Notes: generated by a model from the sequence alone, not told the origin. A stretch of DNA of 64,000 bases from an uncultured delta proteobacterium (GCA_963804165.1 CAWDPO010000040.1:166143-230142), one strand, 5' to 3'; shown: positions 31,378 through 42,352, numbered from the stretch's first letter. Numbers and translations are program-made.

Positions 31378-34233
31378 TCAAGCCGTTGACGTGGCCGTTT
31401 GTGCCTCTTGTTTTAGTGATTGGTCATCGTTCGGGCTAGCGCCAAAGGCTTTGTCGAGCAATTGTTTCTGCTGCTCTTTGTGCCGGGTGGCAGAACCGGT
31501 CGCAGGGCTGGCGGATGGCGGGCGCGCAACCACGGAAACCGGCCTCTTGTTGAGCGCGCGATTGTTGAACTTCAAACTCAAATACCACCAGGCGCCCATA
31601 TTTTCCGGTTCTTCCTGAACCCAGATTAGCGGCGTGTTCGCCGGATATCGGGCCAATAAAGATCGCAAAACTTTGTCCGGAAACGGATAGAGTTGCTCGA
31701 GCCTAATCAAAGCGACATCGTCGCGGCGCTGCTCTTGCCGTCTATGATCAAGATCGAAATAGATTTTGCCGCTACAGAGAAGGATGCGACTCACGGAACG
31801 TGGCGATCCATCAGTCAGATCGCTGATAACCGGCTGAAACTGCCGATCGGAAAAATCATCGAGAGATGAAACCGATTTTGGATGGCGCAATAGGCTCTTC
31901 GGGGTCATCACGATCAGCGGTTTGCGCCATTTCCGTAAAGCTTGACGGCGCAAGCAATGGAAGTATTGCGCGGGGGTCGTCGGATAAACGACTTGGATGT
32001 TGTCCCTGGCGCCTAGCTGTAAAAAGCGCTCCAGGCGCGCGCTGGAATGCTCCGGTCCCATACCTTCAAAGCCGTGCGGCAGTAGCATCACCAGCCCGCT
32101 CAACCTGCGCCATTTTTCTTCGGCCGTGGTGATAAACTGATCGATGATGACCTGTGCGGCATTGGAAAAATCACCGAACTGCGCTTCCCAAAGCGTCAAA
32201 CCATCGGGGCAATCGAGACTGTAGCCGTATTCAAAGCCCAGCACGCCGGCCTCGGACAATGGACTATCGTAGATCTCAAAGGACGCTTGGTCGCCGCCGA
32301 GATGTTGTAACGGGACATACGTCTGGCCGTTTTGGTAGTCGTGCAGCACGGCATGACGGTGACTGAATGTGCCTCGGGCGCTGTCCTGACCGCTCAAACG
32401 AACGTGTATCCCTTCGTCTGCCAAGCTTGCAAAAGCCAGCGACTCGGCCGCGGACCAATCGAGGGCAAGCTCTCCGGCCGCCATTTTTCGCCGTGCTTCC
32501 ACCGCACGCGCGATTTTCGGATGGGGGTGAAAATCGTCCGGGAGTTGCGTCTGTGCTTCGAGCAAATGGGTAAGCCGGGAGATTTCGATGTCTGTCTTTA
32601 ATTCATCGGCGCTCGGTTCAAGGCCGCCTTGGTAGCCCGCCCAAATGCCTTGCAGCTCTTCGCGCACCGGTGCATGATTTTCATCACGCGCCGCCGTCAA
32701 TTCCTGATCGAAGCGCTGCACTCGCGCCGCTTCCATATGGGCCGCTTCCTCGACAGTCACCCGCTGGAGCGAAAGCAAACGTTCGAGATAAATCTCGCGG
32801 ATATTTTTTTTCTTGCCGATCGCCTGGTACATACGTGGCTGGGTGAAGCTCGGCTCGTCGCCTTCGTTATGACCTAGGCGCCGGTAACAGTACATGTCGA
32901 TGACCACGTCCTGGCTAAATCGCGCGCGAAACTCCAGAGCGAGTCGGACGGCATAAGCGACGGCTTCCGGTTCATCGCCGTTGACGTGGAAAATCGGTAT
33001 CTGCAGCATTTTCATCACGTCGGTGGCGTAAGCCGTCGACCGCGCCGCGCTCGATGGCGTGGTGAAGCCGATTTGATTGTTGACGACGACGTGAACCACG
33101 CCACCGACTCTATAAGCATCGAGTCTCGCCAGGTTCATGCCTTCTTGAATGATGCCTTCGCCGGCGAGAGCCGCGTCGCCATGAATCAACAGCGCCATGG
33201 TGCGCGTGCGTTCGCGATCTTGCCGCCGGTCTTGCTTGGCGCGCACCCGTCCGAGCGCGACGGGATTGACGAATTCCAGATGACTCGGGTTAAAGCAAAG
33301 CGAGAGATGCACCTCACGCCCGCCGTGCGTGCGGTAATCATGGCTGTGGCCCAAATGATATTTGACGTCGCCGCTGCCGTCGGCGTGGGCGACCGACGGA
33401 TCGATGAACTCGCGAAATATTTCCCGAGGCGGTTTGCCAAGAATATTGGCGAGCACATTGAGCCGGCCGCGATGCGCCATCGCTAAAACGATTTCCTCGA
33501 CGCCTTGATCGGCGGCTTTTTCGATGGCGAATTCGAGGAGCGGAATCAGGCTCTCCGCCCCTTCCAGCGAAAAACTCTTCGCACCCAAAAACTTTTTGCG
33601 AATAAACTGTTCGAAGCACTGAGCGTCGATCAGCCGGCTGAGAATACGCATTTGGTCGGCGCGATCGAGCTTCGAGCGGTCTTCGATTCGCTCGATGCGC
33701 TCTTCGAGCCAACGCTTTTGTGTGAGATCGGCAATATGCATGAACTCAAAGCCGATCGGTCCGCAGTAAACGTTTTCCAGCCATTGGACGCATTCACGCA
33801 GAGTCAACGGCGCACTGAGACGGAGCGATTCCGAGGCAAACAGCTTGTCCCTGTGCGATTCGGTGAAGCCGAATCCTTCGGGATCGAGATCGACGACCGC
33901 GAGATTGCGCAAGTTCAATGGATCGATGTGCGCTTTCAAATGGCCGAAGGTGCGATAGGCCTGGATCATTTCGTCGAGTTGGGTAGATGGCATCAAATGA
34001 GACGCCGTCGCTGGGATGGGTTCTCTGCCGTCTAGTGGTGTCGAGCTTTCGACAGCCCGAGTCGATGCAGCATCACGGGGGGATTTTAGTTGTGGGGTGT
34101 CCTGTTTGCCGTTCTCGGTCGTTTGCGCGAAGTAATGCCGCCATTCGGCCGGGATCGAGGACGGATCTTTTAAGTATTGCTTCCAAAGCGTTTCTACGTA
34201 TCCCAGACTTTCAATGTTAATCTGTTCGCTCAT
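31378..34233 (-). CDS. sucA: 2-oxoglutarate dehydrogenase E1
   Basis: [50 protein letters not shown]; start set at MSEQ because a promoter lies within the longer ORF. Confidence 0.96.
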   Translation of the reverse strand: MSEQINIESLGYVETLWKQYLKDPSSIPAEWRHYFAQTTENGKQDTPQLKSPRDAASTRAVESSTPLDGREPIPATASHLMPSTQLDEMIQAYRTFGHLKAHIDPLNLRNLAVVDLDPEGFGFTESHRDKLFASESLRLSAPLTLRECVQWLENVYCGPIGFEFMHIADLTQKRWLEERIERIEDRSKLDRADQMRILSRLIDAQCFEQFIRKKFLGAKSFSLEGAESLIPLLEFAIEKAADQGVEEIVLAMAHRGRLNVLANILGKPPREIFREFIDPSVAHADGSGDVKYHLGHSHDYRTHGGREVHLSLCFNPSHLEFVNPVALGRVRAKQDRRQDRERTRTMALLIHGDAALAGEGIIQEGMNLARLDAYRVGGVVHVVVNNQIGFTTPSSAARSTAYATDVMKMLQIPIFHVNGDEPEAVAYAVRLALEFRARFSQDVVIDMYCYRRLGHNEGDEPSFTQPRMYQAIGKKKNIREIYLERLLSLQRVTVEEAAHMEAARVQRFDQELTAARDENHAPVREELQGIWAGYQGGLEPSADELKTDIEISRLTHLLEAQTQLPDDFHPHPKIARAVEARRKMAAGELALDWSAAESLAFASLADEGIHVRLSGQDSARGTFSHRHAVLHDYQNGQTYVPLQHLGGDQASFEIYDSPLSEAGVLGFEYGYSLDCPDGLTLWEAQFGDFSNAAQVIIDQFITTAEEKWRRLSGLVMLLPHGFEGMGPEHSSARLERFLQLGARDNIQVVYPTTPAQYFHCLRRQALRKWRKPLIVMTPKSLLRHPKSVSSLDDFSDRQFQPVISDLTDGSPRSVSRILLCSGKIYFDLDHRRQEQRRDDVALIRLEQLYPFPDKVLRSLLARYPANTPLIWVQEEPENMGAWWYLSLKFNNRALNKRPVSVVARPPSASPATGSATRHKEQQKQLLDKAFGASPNDDQSLKQEAQTATSTA

Positions 34234-34320
34234 TTTCAATAGTATTGATTTATTCTGATTTTTCGATCGCGGTGAATTCGTTACTCGAAGTCGTCGCCAA
34301 CAGCACGAGTGTAATAATCG

Positions 34321-34336
34321 AGCAAGCGCTATGCCA
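34321..34336 (-). promoter_or_regulatory. sigma54 -24/-12 promoter for sucAB
   Basis: TGGCAT-AGCGC-TTGCT. Confidence 0.8.
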
Positions 34337-34414
34337 TGCTCCGTTTGCGCGGCCTCATCCATGGCAGCTACCAACACGAAAGAGAAAAGAGCCGAATTCA
34401 ATATGGATGTGGGA

Positions 34415-34463
34415 TGTCCTGAAAACAGGACACGAAGGATTTCTCTGTCCTAATTTTGCGACA
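34415..34463. promoter_or_regulatory. Pair of TGTC-N10-GACA putative enhancer boxes
   Basis: TGTCCTGAAAACAGGACA (34415-34432) and TGTCCTAATTTTGCGACA (34446-34463) between divergent sigma54 promoters. Confidence 0.7.
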
Positions 34464-34523
34464 ACCGACAAGCTAGAATCGGTTCAGACGTTAAATAATC
34501 TCTGTATTCACGTCGCTATAGTT

Positions 34524-34539
34524 TGGCATGGGCTTTGCC
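34524..34539 (+). promoter_or_regulatory. sigma54 -24/-12 promoter
   Basis: TGGCAT-GGGCT-TTGCC upstream of the second activator. Confidence 0.7.
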
Positions 34540-34624
34540 GTTACAAACAGTCATGCTCGAAATGCTTCGCTGTCAATTTTACGCGTCTACGCGCGAGTAT
34601 GACTAGCGATTGTTTGGCTTGATC

Positions 34625-35980
34625 ATGAGTTCAAATATTCTCGTTATCGACGATGAAGCATTACCGCGAAAGAATATCGCGCGGGTGCTCGCGGAAGAGG
34701 AATATCATGTCTACGAAGCCGAGAACGGCGAGGAGGCGATTAATGCAATCAACGATCTCGACTTCGATCTCGTACTGAGCGATCTCAAAATCCCCGGAAC
34801 AGATGGGCTTGGCGTTCTGCGCCATGTGCGCAGTGTTTCGCCGCAAACCATGTTTATCTTGATGACGGGTTATGCGTCTCTGGACTCGGCGATCGAAGCA
34901 TTCCGCGGCGGTGTCCAGGATTATATCCTAAAGCCGGTGGTGCTCGAGGATGTTCTGCAAAAGGTCAAGCGTCTTATGGAATCGAAGAGCTTGGCGTGGG
35001 AAGTCGAGCTGTTGCGTCGCCAGGTCAACTACAATTCAGAGTCCACCGGTCTGATCGGAGAAAGCCGCATCATCCACGATATTCTCGCGATGATTTCGAA
35101 GGTCGCGCCGACGAGCTCGAACGTCTTGATTACCGGCGAGAGCGGGGTCGGCAAGGAAGTGGTTGCGCGCACATTACATCTTCAAAGCCCGCGGAAGGAT
35201 AAGGTCTTTTTACCGGTCAATTGCAGCGCGATCCCGGAAACGTTGCTCGAAAGCCAGCTGTTCGGCTACGTCAAAGGGGCTTTTACCGGCGCGGCGAACT
35301 CTCAGGAAGGACTTTTCCAGCGCGCTCAAGGCGGTACGATTTTTCTCGACGAAATCGGTGAGATGCCGCTGAGCCTGCAACCGAAAATCCTCCGTGTCAT
35401 CGAGGATAAGGAAGTCTTGCCTATCGGTTCCACGCATCCGTCGAAGTTGAATGTTCGAATCATCGCCGCAACCAACCGCGAGTTGCAAATGGAAGTCGCC
35501 GATGGGCGGTTCCGTGAAGACTTGTTTTATCGCTTTAACGTCATCAACATTCGTGTGCCGCCATTGCGCGAGCGCCGCGAAGACATTCCCTTGTTGGTCG
35601 AACATTTGATTAACCGTCACAACGCTGAAATGAAAAAGACTTATAAAGGCATGGCCAACTCGGCGCTAAGATTGCTTATGTCCCTTCCCTGGAAAGGAAA
35701 CGTGAGGGAATTGGACAACGTCCTCGAACTCGCAATGATATTGGGCAACGGCGAATGGATCACCCCAGCAGAACTGCGCCAGTGCACGCTACCGGCGGAG
35801 GAAAGCAACATCGAGTCGCCGAACAATCTTCGTACCGCAGTTCAATCGTACGAAAAAAGCCATATCGAAAACGTGCTTAAGGAAAGTGCCGGCGACAAAA
35901 CGCGGGCCGCCCAGTTGTTGGGGGTAAGCCGCTCGTCTCTTTATCGCAAGTTAGAGAGTCTCGATATCCACGACGATTGA
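34625..35980 (+). CDS. sigma54-dependent response regulator (NtrC/AtoC family)
   Basis: Receiver; GESGVGKE; GAFTGA; FLDEIGEM; Fis-type HTH SRSSLYRKL. Confidence 0.94.
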   Translation: MSSNILVIDDEALPRKNIARVLAEEEYHVYEAENGEEAINAINDLDFDLVLSDLKIPGTDGLGVLRHVRSVSPQTMFILMTGYASLDSAIEAFRGGVQDYILKPVVLEDVLQKVKRLMESKSLAWEVELLRRQVNYNSESTGLIGESRIIHDILAMISKVAPTSSNVLITGESGVGKEVVARTLHLQSPRKDKVFLPVNCSAIPETLLESQLFGYVKGAFTGAANSQEGLFQRAQGGTIFLDEIGEMPLSLQPKILRVIEDKEVLPIGSTHPSKLNVRIIAATNRELQMEVADGRFREDLFYRFNVINIRVPPLRERREDIPLLVEHLINRHNAEMKKTYKGMANSALRLLMSLPWKGNVRELDNVLELAMILGNGEWITPAELRQCTLPAEESNIESPNNLRTAVQSYEKSHIENVLKESAGDKTRAAQLLGVSRSSLYRKLESLDIHDD

Positions 35981-36358
35981 TAATGCTCTTGTCTACATCC
36001 TTTCCTCTATCGAGCAAATTCTGCATGCTGCGCAAATAGGGTATCAAGCGTCGGTTAGCCCCACGCTTCGGACACTCGGGTTGTCTGGAGTGAATATCCA
36101 CGAATTAGAATGCGCTGAGATGACTCGAGTCGTGTCGTCGAGTTCCCGGCGTTTTCCGTCGTTGCCCGATGTAGTCGATCGGGTTTCCCCGCTTCCACCG
36201 ATGGGATTGCGAGTTCACATACGGCGGCGATGGCGGGAATAAACCACCACCAGCCGAACTTTGTCGAGATGATCAGATCATAGCCCGTATGATTCGGGGA
36301 TGTTGGCCGTCAGCCATAAACAGTTACCGGGCGGCTGGTCAAGAATAATTTCGAACAT

Positions 36359-36388
36359 TGCCTGCAATGTCACCGCGCGTTGCAGGCA
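36359..36388. terminator. Hairpin just downstream of the extended antiporter-rhodanese CDS
   Basis: TGCCTGCAA...TTGCAGGCA, ending 7 nt past the second TGA. Confidence 0.5.
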
Positions 36389-36395
36389 TACACGA

Positions 36396-38021
36396 TCAGA
36401 CATCTAGACTTGGCTTTTCCTCGATCTCTAGTCCGGCGGCTTGCCAAGCGTCCCACCCGCCGATCAGCGCCCGCACGCGCTGCCATCCGGCTCGTTTGAG
36501 TTCCTGCGCCGCACGGGCGCTGGTGGCTTCGTCCGGTCAGGCGCAAAACGTAATGATCCAGGTTTGGCGCGGCACGTTGAGTTCGGCGATTCGGCGGACG
36601 ATCTGATCGGTGGGTATTCGCAGCGCGCCTTGAGCTTGGGATGCGCTGGAGTTGAAACTGGTCTCGGCGCGGACGTCGACGATCAACAAGGGAGCACCGG
36701 AGGACTGCAGCGCGCGGAGTTCTTCGATCGATATACGATCGCTGTCGTTCTCAGCCGCGATTGGACGCGGCGGGTTATCATCGGATTTTGGCATTGCCGT
36801 GTCGATTGGATCGAGGTTTACGGGAGCGGGCGAAGGGGGCGTTCGGCCCAGCAACATCAGCGAGCCACCGTGCAGCGCCACCGACAGCAACACGACGAGG
36901 CAGCAAACGACAAACAACGGCTCGCTGCCCGGCACGCCGGCGAATACCGGCACGAGGATCAATAGTAAGGAGCTCAAACCACGCGGTCCAAACCACGCGA
37001 TCAAGACACAGCTACGGCGCTCTAGGTTAGTCCGCGACAACGACAAGAGGAATGCGATCGGCCGGATCACCACCACGGTTACGGCGAAGAGTACAGTCAT
37101 TGGGTCGAGAACAAGCAGCCCTTGCCATATCAGCGAGCTGCCGAACAGGATGAAGGTAAAGAGCAACGTCATCTCGGCGGTGGTCTGTCCGTATTCGAGA
37201 AAGCAATCGCATAGTTCCACGTCGAGGGCGGCAATCGTCAAGCCGGCGCAGAAAGCGGCCAAGAAGCCGCTGCCATGCACGGCTTCGGCCGCCGCATAGG
37301 CGGCAAACGCCACACCCAGCGAGTATAAGGATTCGTAGTCGCGGCGCACTCCGGTTTTGCGGCGCACCAATTCGAGCGCGCCAATCGCCAGCAAACCCAC
37401 CGTGACGCCGGCTCCGGGCCCGAGGAGAAACAGCTCGAGTGCGAGGCGCGCCGATTCGACGCCCAAGAAATTGCTCTGGCTCATGAAAGCCATGGCGACG
37501 AGAATGATCGGCAGCAAGACGATATCGTTCAAGCCGCTTTCCAGACGCAGCGCCAAGCGCACCGTTTCCGGAAGACCCGGACGTTTCAATAAACCGCGCA
37601 GCATCACCGGATCGGTCGATGCCAGAGCAGCGCCGATCATCAGCGCCGACGCCGGCGAGAAATCCAAAAGCATCCACGCCGCAAGCGCGATGAGGGCCGC
37701 CGAAAGCAAAGTACCGGGCCCAACTACGAGAAATGCCAAAAGGCGATAACGTCGGATCTCGGCGATGCTTAGACTGACCGCATCGGTAAAAAGCACCAGC
37801 ACGAGGCTGAGGGTCGCGACCACCCGCAGAATCGGCGAATCCAGAGAAACATCCAGCAATTGCAACCCCGCGGGGCCGAGCATCGCGCCGAGCGCGAGGA
37901 AAACGCCGACTTGAGGAACGTCGCTGCGATCGATGAGGCCGGATAGAAGCGCGGCGATGATAATCACCACGCCCACCAGGGCCAAGGTCAATACAAAGAA
38001 TTGCGGACTAAACGACTCCAT
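36396..38021 (-). CDS. NhaP-type cation/H+ antiporter fused to rhodanese domain with probable selenocysteine (TGA 36537-36539)
   Basis: ASTDPV, ESGLND, WFGPRG antiporter motifs; IVDVR; past the TGA the frame continues PDEATSARAAQELKRAGWQRVRALIGGWDAWQAAGLEIE, completing the rhodanese fold. Confidence 0.85.
36503..36523 (-). promoter_or_regulatory. Putative bacterial SECIS hairpin
   Basis: CC-A-GCGCC-CGUGC-GGCGC-A-GG starting 14 nt after the UGA; GU in the apical loop. Confidence 0.6.
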
Positions 38022-38483
38022 GGCAGAGGCAATCTTGGCGACTATATCAGTGGGTAAGAGTTAGTCCAGATGTTTTGCATATTGACGAACGAAACAGCCA
38101 TAAAGGGCCCCAAGCGTTGAGCGAAATGCGGTGAAAGTTTTTTCACATTCGCGTCTTTAAGGCCAAGAACTGTCCAACCGATTCGCGAAAGCTCACACCA
38201 AATTTTCTAAAAACAGTGAGTTTCTTTTCTTAATGAGAACTAATAGCGACAAGCGGCAGGAACGAATACGAGATTCGGATCTTTTCCTTCGATGATGTGT
38301 GCGAGCTTCTTGGCCTCCATCCCGAGTACGTGTGGCGCGGACTGCGCAAAACGAAAGGCAAGCACGCGGAATAGGAAAAGCCGGTGCACCGTGATGGAAT
38401 GCGCAGGCGGGCGGCATAATCACCGCATCGTGAGCGGGATGAAAGCTGAACAACACGTTCGCGAATTTATTCGCGAGTGTGTT

Positions 38484-39295
38484 TCAGCGGTGCGGCCAGT
38501 AGAGGAGCAGCGGCACGCCGGCGCGACGCACGCAGGCGCCGGCGACACTGCCGAGCACGACCCGTTCGATGGCGGCGCCCGCGTGGGTTGTCATTGCCAG
38601 CATCGTTTCAGACGCGCCGCTGAGATAGCGGCAGATCGCGTCGGCGGGATTGCCGTGTAGCCACTTCCCATTGCGTTTCGATGCCATGCGCAGCTTTGAT
38701 ATCCGCCGCCTTGCGATGGAGATAGGATGATTCGAGGATGTCGGATTTTTCATGCTCCGCGAGCAGCGCCAAGTTCGGGTCAATCGGCAATGCTTGAATC
38801 AACGTTAGCCGCGCCGATAAAGATTGCGCCGCCTTCGCTGCATAAGAAACCATTTTCTCCGAGAAACGAGTGCCTTCTAAGGCCAGCGCAATGGTGCCGA
38901 TCTTTTTCGGCGCCTCGCGCGCGTTGTCCAAGGCGCGAAAGACGATCACGGGACGTTTGGCTTCGCGCATGACGCGCAAGCCACACTGCCCATAATCCCT
39001 CCCACCCAGGCGTTGCGCCCGTGGGTCGTCAGTGCCGCAATGGCGTGCGGGTCTCGCTCTAGCTCCGCGACGATGGCGCCGGCTGGATCCGACGATACGC
39101 GAAATCGCAGCTCGGCGCTGTACTGTCTCGCACAATCGCGCAGATATTCCTCGTCGGCCGCAGTTCGTCGGTATGCTGCATGATTTTTAGCAGTGTCAGC
39201 CGTCCTCGCTTCGCCGCCGTTACGCCGCGCGCCAAGGGAAGGATTTTTTCCGCCAACGATGAGCCGGCGAGGCAGGCGATGACTTCTTCGAACAT
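38484..39295 (-). CDS. Tandem universal stress protein, several frameshifts
   Basis: VIACLAGSSLAEKILP; ALTTHGR...MGSVA; LAMTTH...LGSVAGACVRRAGVPLLL in different frames. Confidence 0.75.
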
Positions 39296-39309
39296 GGAAG
39301 GACTTTCTT

Positions 39310-39933
39310 CTACTGGCCGGCCACTCGTACCGTGCTCGCCTGGGGCCCCTTTTCACCGAGCTCCTCCGCATAATAAACCTCGGTGCCAACCTCTAATCGA
39401 TCGAAACCGGATTGCAGTACGCTATTTTTATGAAAGTAAATTTCACGGCCATCGGGTGTTTGGAGAAAACCGTAGTCCTCGATGGGAAAAATCTTGGCAA
39501 CACGAGCCAGCGGCGTTGACTCATGGGTCTTGGTTTTGCCGCGCCGCCGCCGCGCGTAGTCCTGTAATTTACGCGCCGCGGCATTGAAGGCATCGCGAAT
39601 GGCGACATAGGCATCTTCGTGCGCCGCGTGCTTGCTCGGCCCATGGTTCTCGGCCAATGTTTTTTCCAATTCTTCGATATGTGCTGCCCGGGCGGCCATC
39701 AGACGCTTGGGCTCACGATTGACCACCAGTTCGCCGCCCGGAACCGTCATGTCGATGCGCACAACATACGCTTTGCCCTTATGGTGGTGGCGGTGCGGCG
39801 CCTCGACGATGACCCGACAACTCATGATGTCGTCGCAGAGGGAATCCAGCTTGTTCGCTTTCTCGCGGATATTGCCCTCGATCGCTTTCGATGGCGGCAT
39901 GTCGCGAAAGGTGATCTGCAAGGGAGTTTTCAT
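39310..39933 (-). CDS. HPF/RaiA ribosome-hibernation domain fused to cold-shock domain
   Basis: PLQITFRDM...HEDAYVAIRDAF; YGFLQTPDGREIYFHKNSV...KGPQAS; AAGGAGG RBS. Confidence 0.9.
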   Translation of the reverse strand: MKTPLQITFRDMPPSKAIEGNIREKANKLDSLCDDIMSCRVIVEAPHRHHHKGKAYVVRIDMTVPGGELVVNREPKRLMAARAAHIEELEKTLAENHGPSKHAAHEDAYVAIRDAFNAAARKLQDYARRRRGKTKTHESTPLARVAKIFPIEDYGFLQTPDGREIYFHKNSVLQSGFDRLEVGTEVYYAEELGEKGPQASTVRVAGQ

Positions 39934-39984
39934 ATGTCTTCCTCCTTGGTTGATGGTTGTGTGTCCGCGCCATTCCACAAAGAC

Positions 39985-40000
39985 GGCAAGAGGTGTGCCA
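39985..40000 (-). promoter_or_regulatory. sigma54 -24/-12 promoter
   Basis: TGGCAC-ACCTC-TTGCC upstream of HPF-CSD. Confidence 0.8.
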
Positions 40001-40297
40001 TGACAGTACCATTGTCGCGCAAAAAAGCTCGCGAATAAACTGAAATTTTATCTAACTCGTTTGGCCGCCGAATCGTGGTATCGCGAGCGTGGGAAAATCG
40101 CGCGGAAAAATGACCAACAATGGCAAGTAAAGATACACTCTGTTGCGCTTGCACCTGTGTAGAGCCTCACAAGCTGTTGGAATCAGAAAACTATTTTGCT
40201 CGCATTCGGTGGCACGGATCGTCCCCCCAAAATAATCAAGGGAGAATTCGACCTCATTTTATTGACAGGAAAATAGCAAAAATAGTAGCCGGGGGTT

Positions 40298-40781
40298 ATG
40301 CCAATCTTGACCAAGCGAGAAAAAAGCTTGCTGAAGCGAAAGTGCCGTACGAATTTTTCAATTATCCGCTCGCCTACACCTCGCAGGAAATCGCCGCCAG
40401 GCAGCACGTGCCCGGAAACGAAATCGCCAAGGTCGTGGTGGTGGATGTCGACGGCACGCTGGTCATGGGGTGATCGCGGGCAACCATAAGATAAGCTTGG
40501 ACATGGCGCGGTCGAGCTTGGGCGCCAGCCGGGTGCGATTGGCAACAGAAGATGAATTTATCACGCGCTTTCCCGGCTGTGAGATCGGCGCCATGCCGCC
40601 GTTCGGGAATCTCTTCGGCATGAAGGTGATCGTCGATCCGGAGCTGGAAAAAGACAAATACATTTACTTCAACGCCGGCAACCACGTGCAACTGGTGCGG
40701 CTCTACTACAAAAATTTCATGGCGCTGGTAAAGCCGCAAATCGCCTGCCTCGTCGAGGGGCGCAAGAAAAAGGCAGCGTGA
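40298..40781 (+). CDS. YbaK/EbsC aminoacyl-tRNA deacylase family, two frameshifts
   Basis: AYTSQEIAA...AKVVVV; FPGCEIGAMPPFGNLFG; FNAGNH; breaks at A-run ~40320 and G-run ~40467. Confidence 0.8.
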
Positions 40782-40824
40782 TACGCCACGCCCCAAAGTT
40801 AAAGATGCGGCGATTTGGCTGGAA

Positions 40825-41274
40825 TTACTTGACCTGGGAGATGATCTCGGCGAAGCCCGCGATGGCAACCGTGGTTTCAAAGTGACCATTCGACGACTTG
40901 GTCAATGGCGTCGATGGTTTAAAGTTAAATGGCAGGCGCCCGCCCGGCGGAATCTCCCTGGCCAACGTGTAATACGCCGATGTGCCGGGGTCGTCTTTGC
41001 CGGGTTTCGTTTCATTGTCCCAGAGCCAGGTATAGCGGATGAACAGCTGGACGTCGCGCACAGTGTTGGCGGAGTGATTAAGCACCTCGCCCGATACTGC
41101 GCCGTCAGCGACGATCAGCTTTTCAATGCTTAGTATTCGCCCGATTTCTTCGCGAGTTCGCACGCCCTGCGGCCATGCCGAGAGCGGTCCGCCCAGAAAA
41201 ATCGTTGCGCATGTGAGCGCCGTCACTACGTTAAGCCGAAGTCGGCACGCGGCAGGCGATAATGTCAACGTCAC
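40825..41274 (-). CDS. Exported hypothetical protein (beta-rich)
   Basis: Signal-like N-terminus; VSGEVLNHSANTVRDVQL; GGAGG RBS. Confidence 0.65.
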   Translation of the reverse strand: MTLTLSPAACRLRLNVVTALTCATIFLGGPLSAWPQGVRTREEIGRILSIEKLIVADGAVSGEVLNHSANTVRDVQLFIRYTWLWDNETKPGKDDPGTSAYYTLAREIPPGGRLPFNFKPSTPLTKSSNGHFETTVAIAGFAEIISQVK

Positions 41275-41311
41275 TGACGCAACCCTCCTCTCGAGAACAA
41301 TGAACTATTGG

Positions 41312-42352
41312 CTATGCGAATTGGGGCTGTTGCGCAAGGGGCTGTTCAGTATTTGATATGTGTCGACTCGGTGAGATGGCGGAATTGCGCTGGTTCTCTT
41401 CGCCTCGGCGGGCGAAGAGAACCTCGCGTACTTGCAACAGCCGCTCCGGCGAACCCCAATCGCTCCAGAAAACCTGCAGCACCGGCAAGATTGAGATTAT
41501 CTCAGGGTTCGTGGCGGCGACCAATTCGAGAAATCCCTTGGAGAAGTTTAGCGGTTCCAACGTTCGATACACATCGTCGATAGTATTTTTTTCGGCCGGA
41601 GTTCCGATGGCATCGTAGATACGGCTGAAGCGCTCATGCGTCACTGGGTAAAGCCTGTGCAGGATCGTCAACAGAGTCCGAACTTTGAAGACCATGATCA
41701 TGGTATTCCACAGACCGCCGGCATCGACTAGATGCCCCGCCGTCTTTCGATCCGGCTTCTCGATGAACTTCGCGGTGTTGCGGATGCCCCAGAGGTTCAG
41801 GCGTCCATGATTTTCGCGCGGCACCACGTAGCCGTATTCAACCTCGGGATATTGCGCTTCCATAGCGAGCAGCACGATACGGCTGGGGTCGTGGTCAACC
41901 GCTTGGGCTGCAAGCGCGACATGATCCATGAAGCGGTCTTCCTCCAAGATAAAATGGTCAGATGGAAAGACCGCCACGGTAGCATCGGGACAACGTTTGT
42001 ACAGGTGCATCAGGGGCAGGAAGATTCCGGGTCCAGTTTCCTTATTCTCCGGTTGCACAATCACGTTTTCCGGAGCCCGGCGGGCGAGCTGAAAGCGTAC
42101 TGCCTGATGGCGCAGATGCTGATTGCTCACGATCGTCACAATTTGCCGGGCTGGAATCAATTTTTCCGCGCGCGAAAAGGTATGCTCGAGCATCGAGCGA
42201 CGGCCGACAAAGTTGACATATTGTTTCGGTAGATCCTCGCCGCAGGTGTCTCTAATATAGCGTTGCAACCGTTTACCATCGCCACCGGCCAGCACCAGTC
42301 CCCAAAGCACTGAGTTACAATTTTTATTGTGATCAAGAGCAAGCATCATCAT
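41312..42352 (-). CDS. Mannose-1-phosphate guanylyltransferase-like nucleotidyltransferase (copy 2)
   Basis: LAGGDGKRL...LPKQY, QPENKETGPG, PSDHFI, FIEKP, WSDWGS. Confidence 0.85.
   Translation of the reverse strand: MMMLALDHNKNCNSVLWGLVLAGGDGKRLQRYIRDTCGEDLPKQYVNFVGRRSMLEHTFSRAEKLIPARQIVTIVSNQHLRHQAVRFQLARRAPENVIVQPENKETGPGIFLPLMHLYKRCPDATVAVFPSDHFILEEDRFMDHVALAAQAVDHDPSRIVLLAMEAQYPEVEYGYVVPRENHGRLNLWGIRNTAKFIEKPDRKTAGHLVDAGGLWNTMIMVFKVRTLLTILHRLYPVTHERFSRIYDAIGTPAEKNTIDDVYRTLEPLNFSKGFLELVAATNPEIISILPVLQVFWSDWGSPERLLQVREVLFARRGEENQRNSAISPSRHISNTEQPLAQQPQFA

Noticed and set aside
34234-34401. N-terminal extension of sucA in the ORF track
   Set aside because: It contains the sigma54 promoter, and E1 similarity starts near MSEQ
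36055-36330. Minus-strand fragment ...KFGWWWFIPAIAAV
   Set aside because: No start codon or recognisable family
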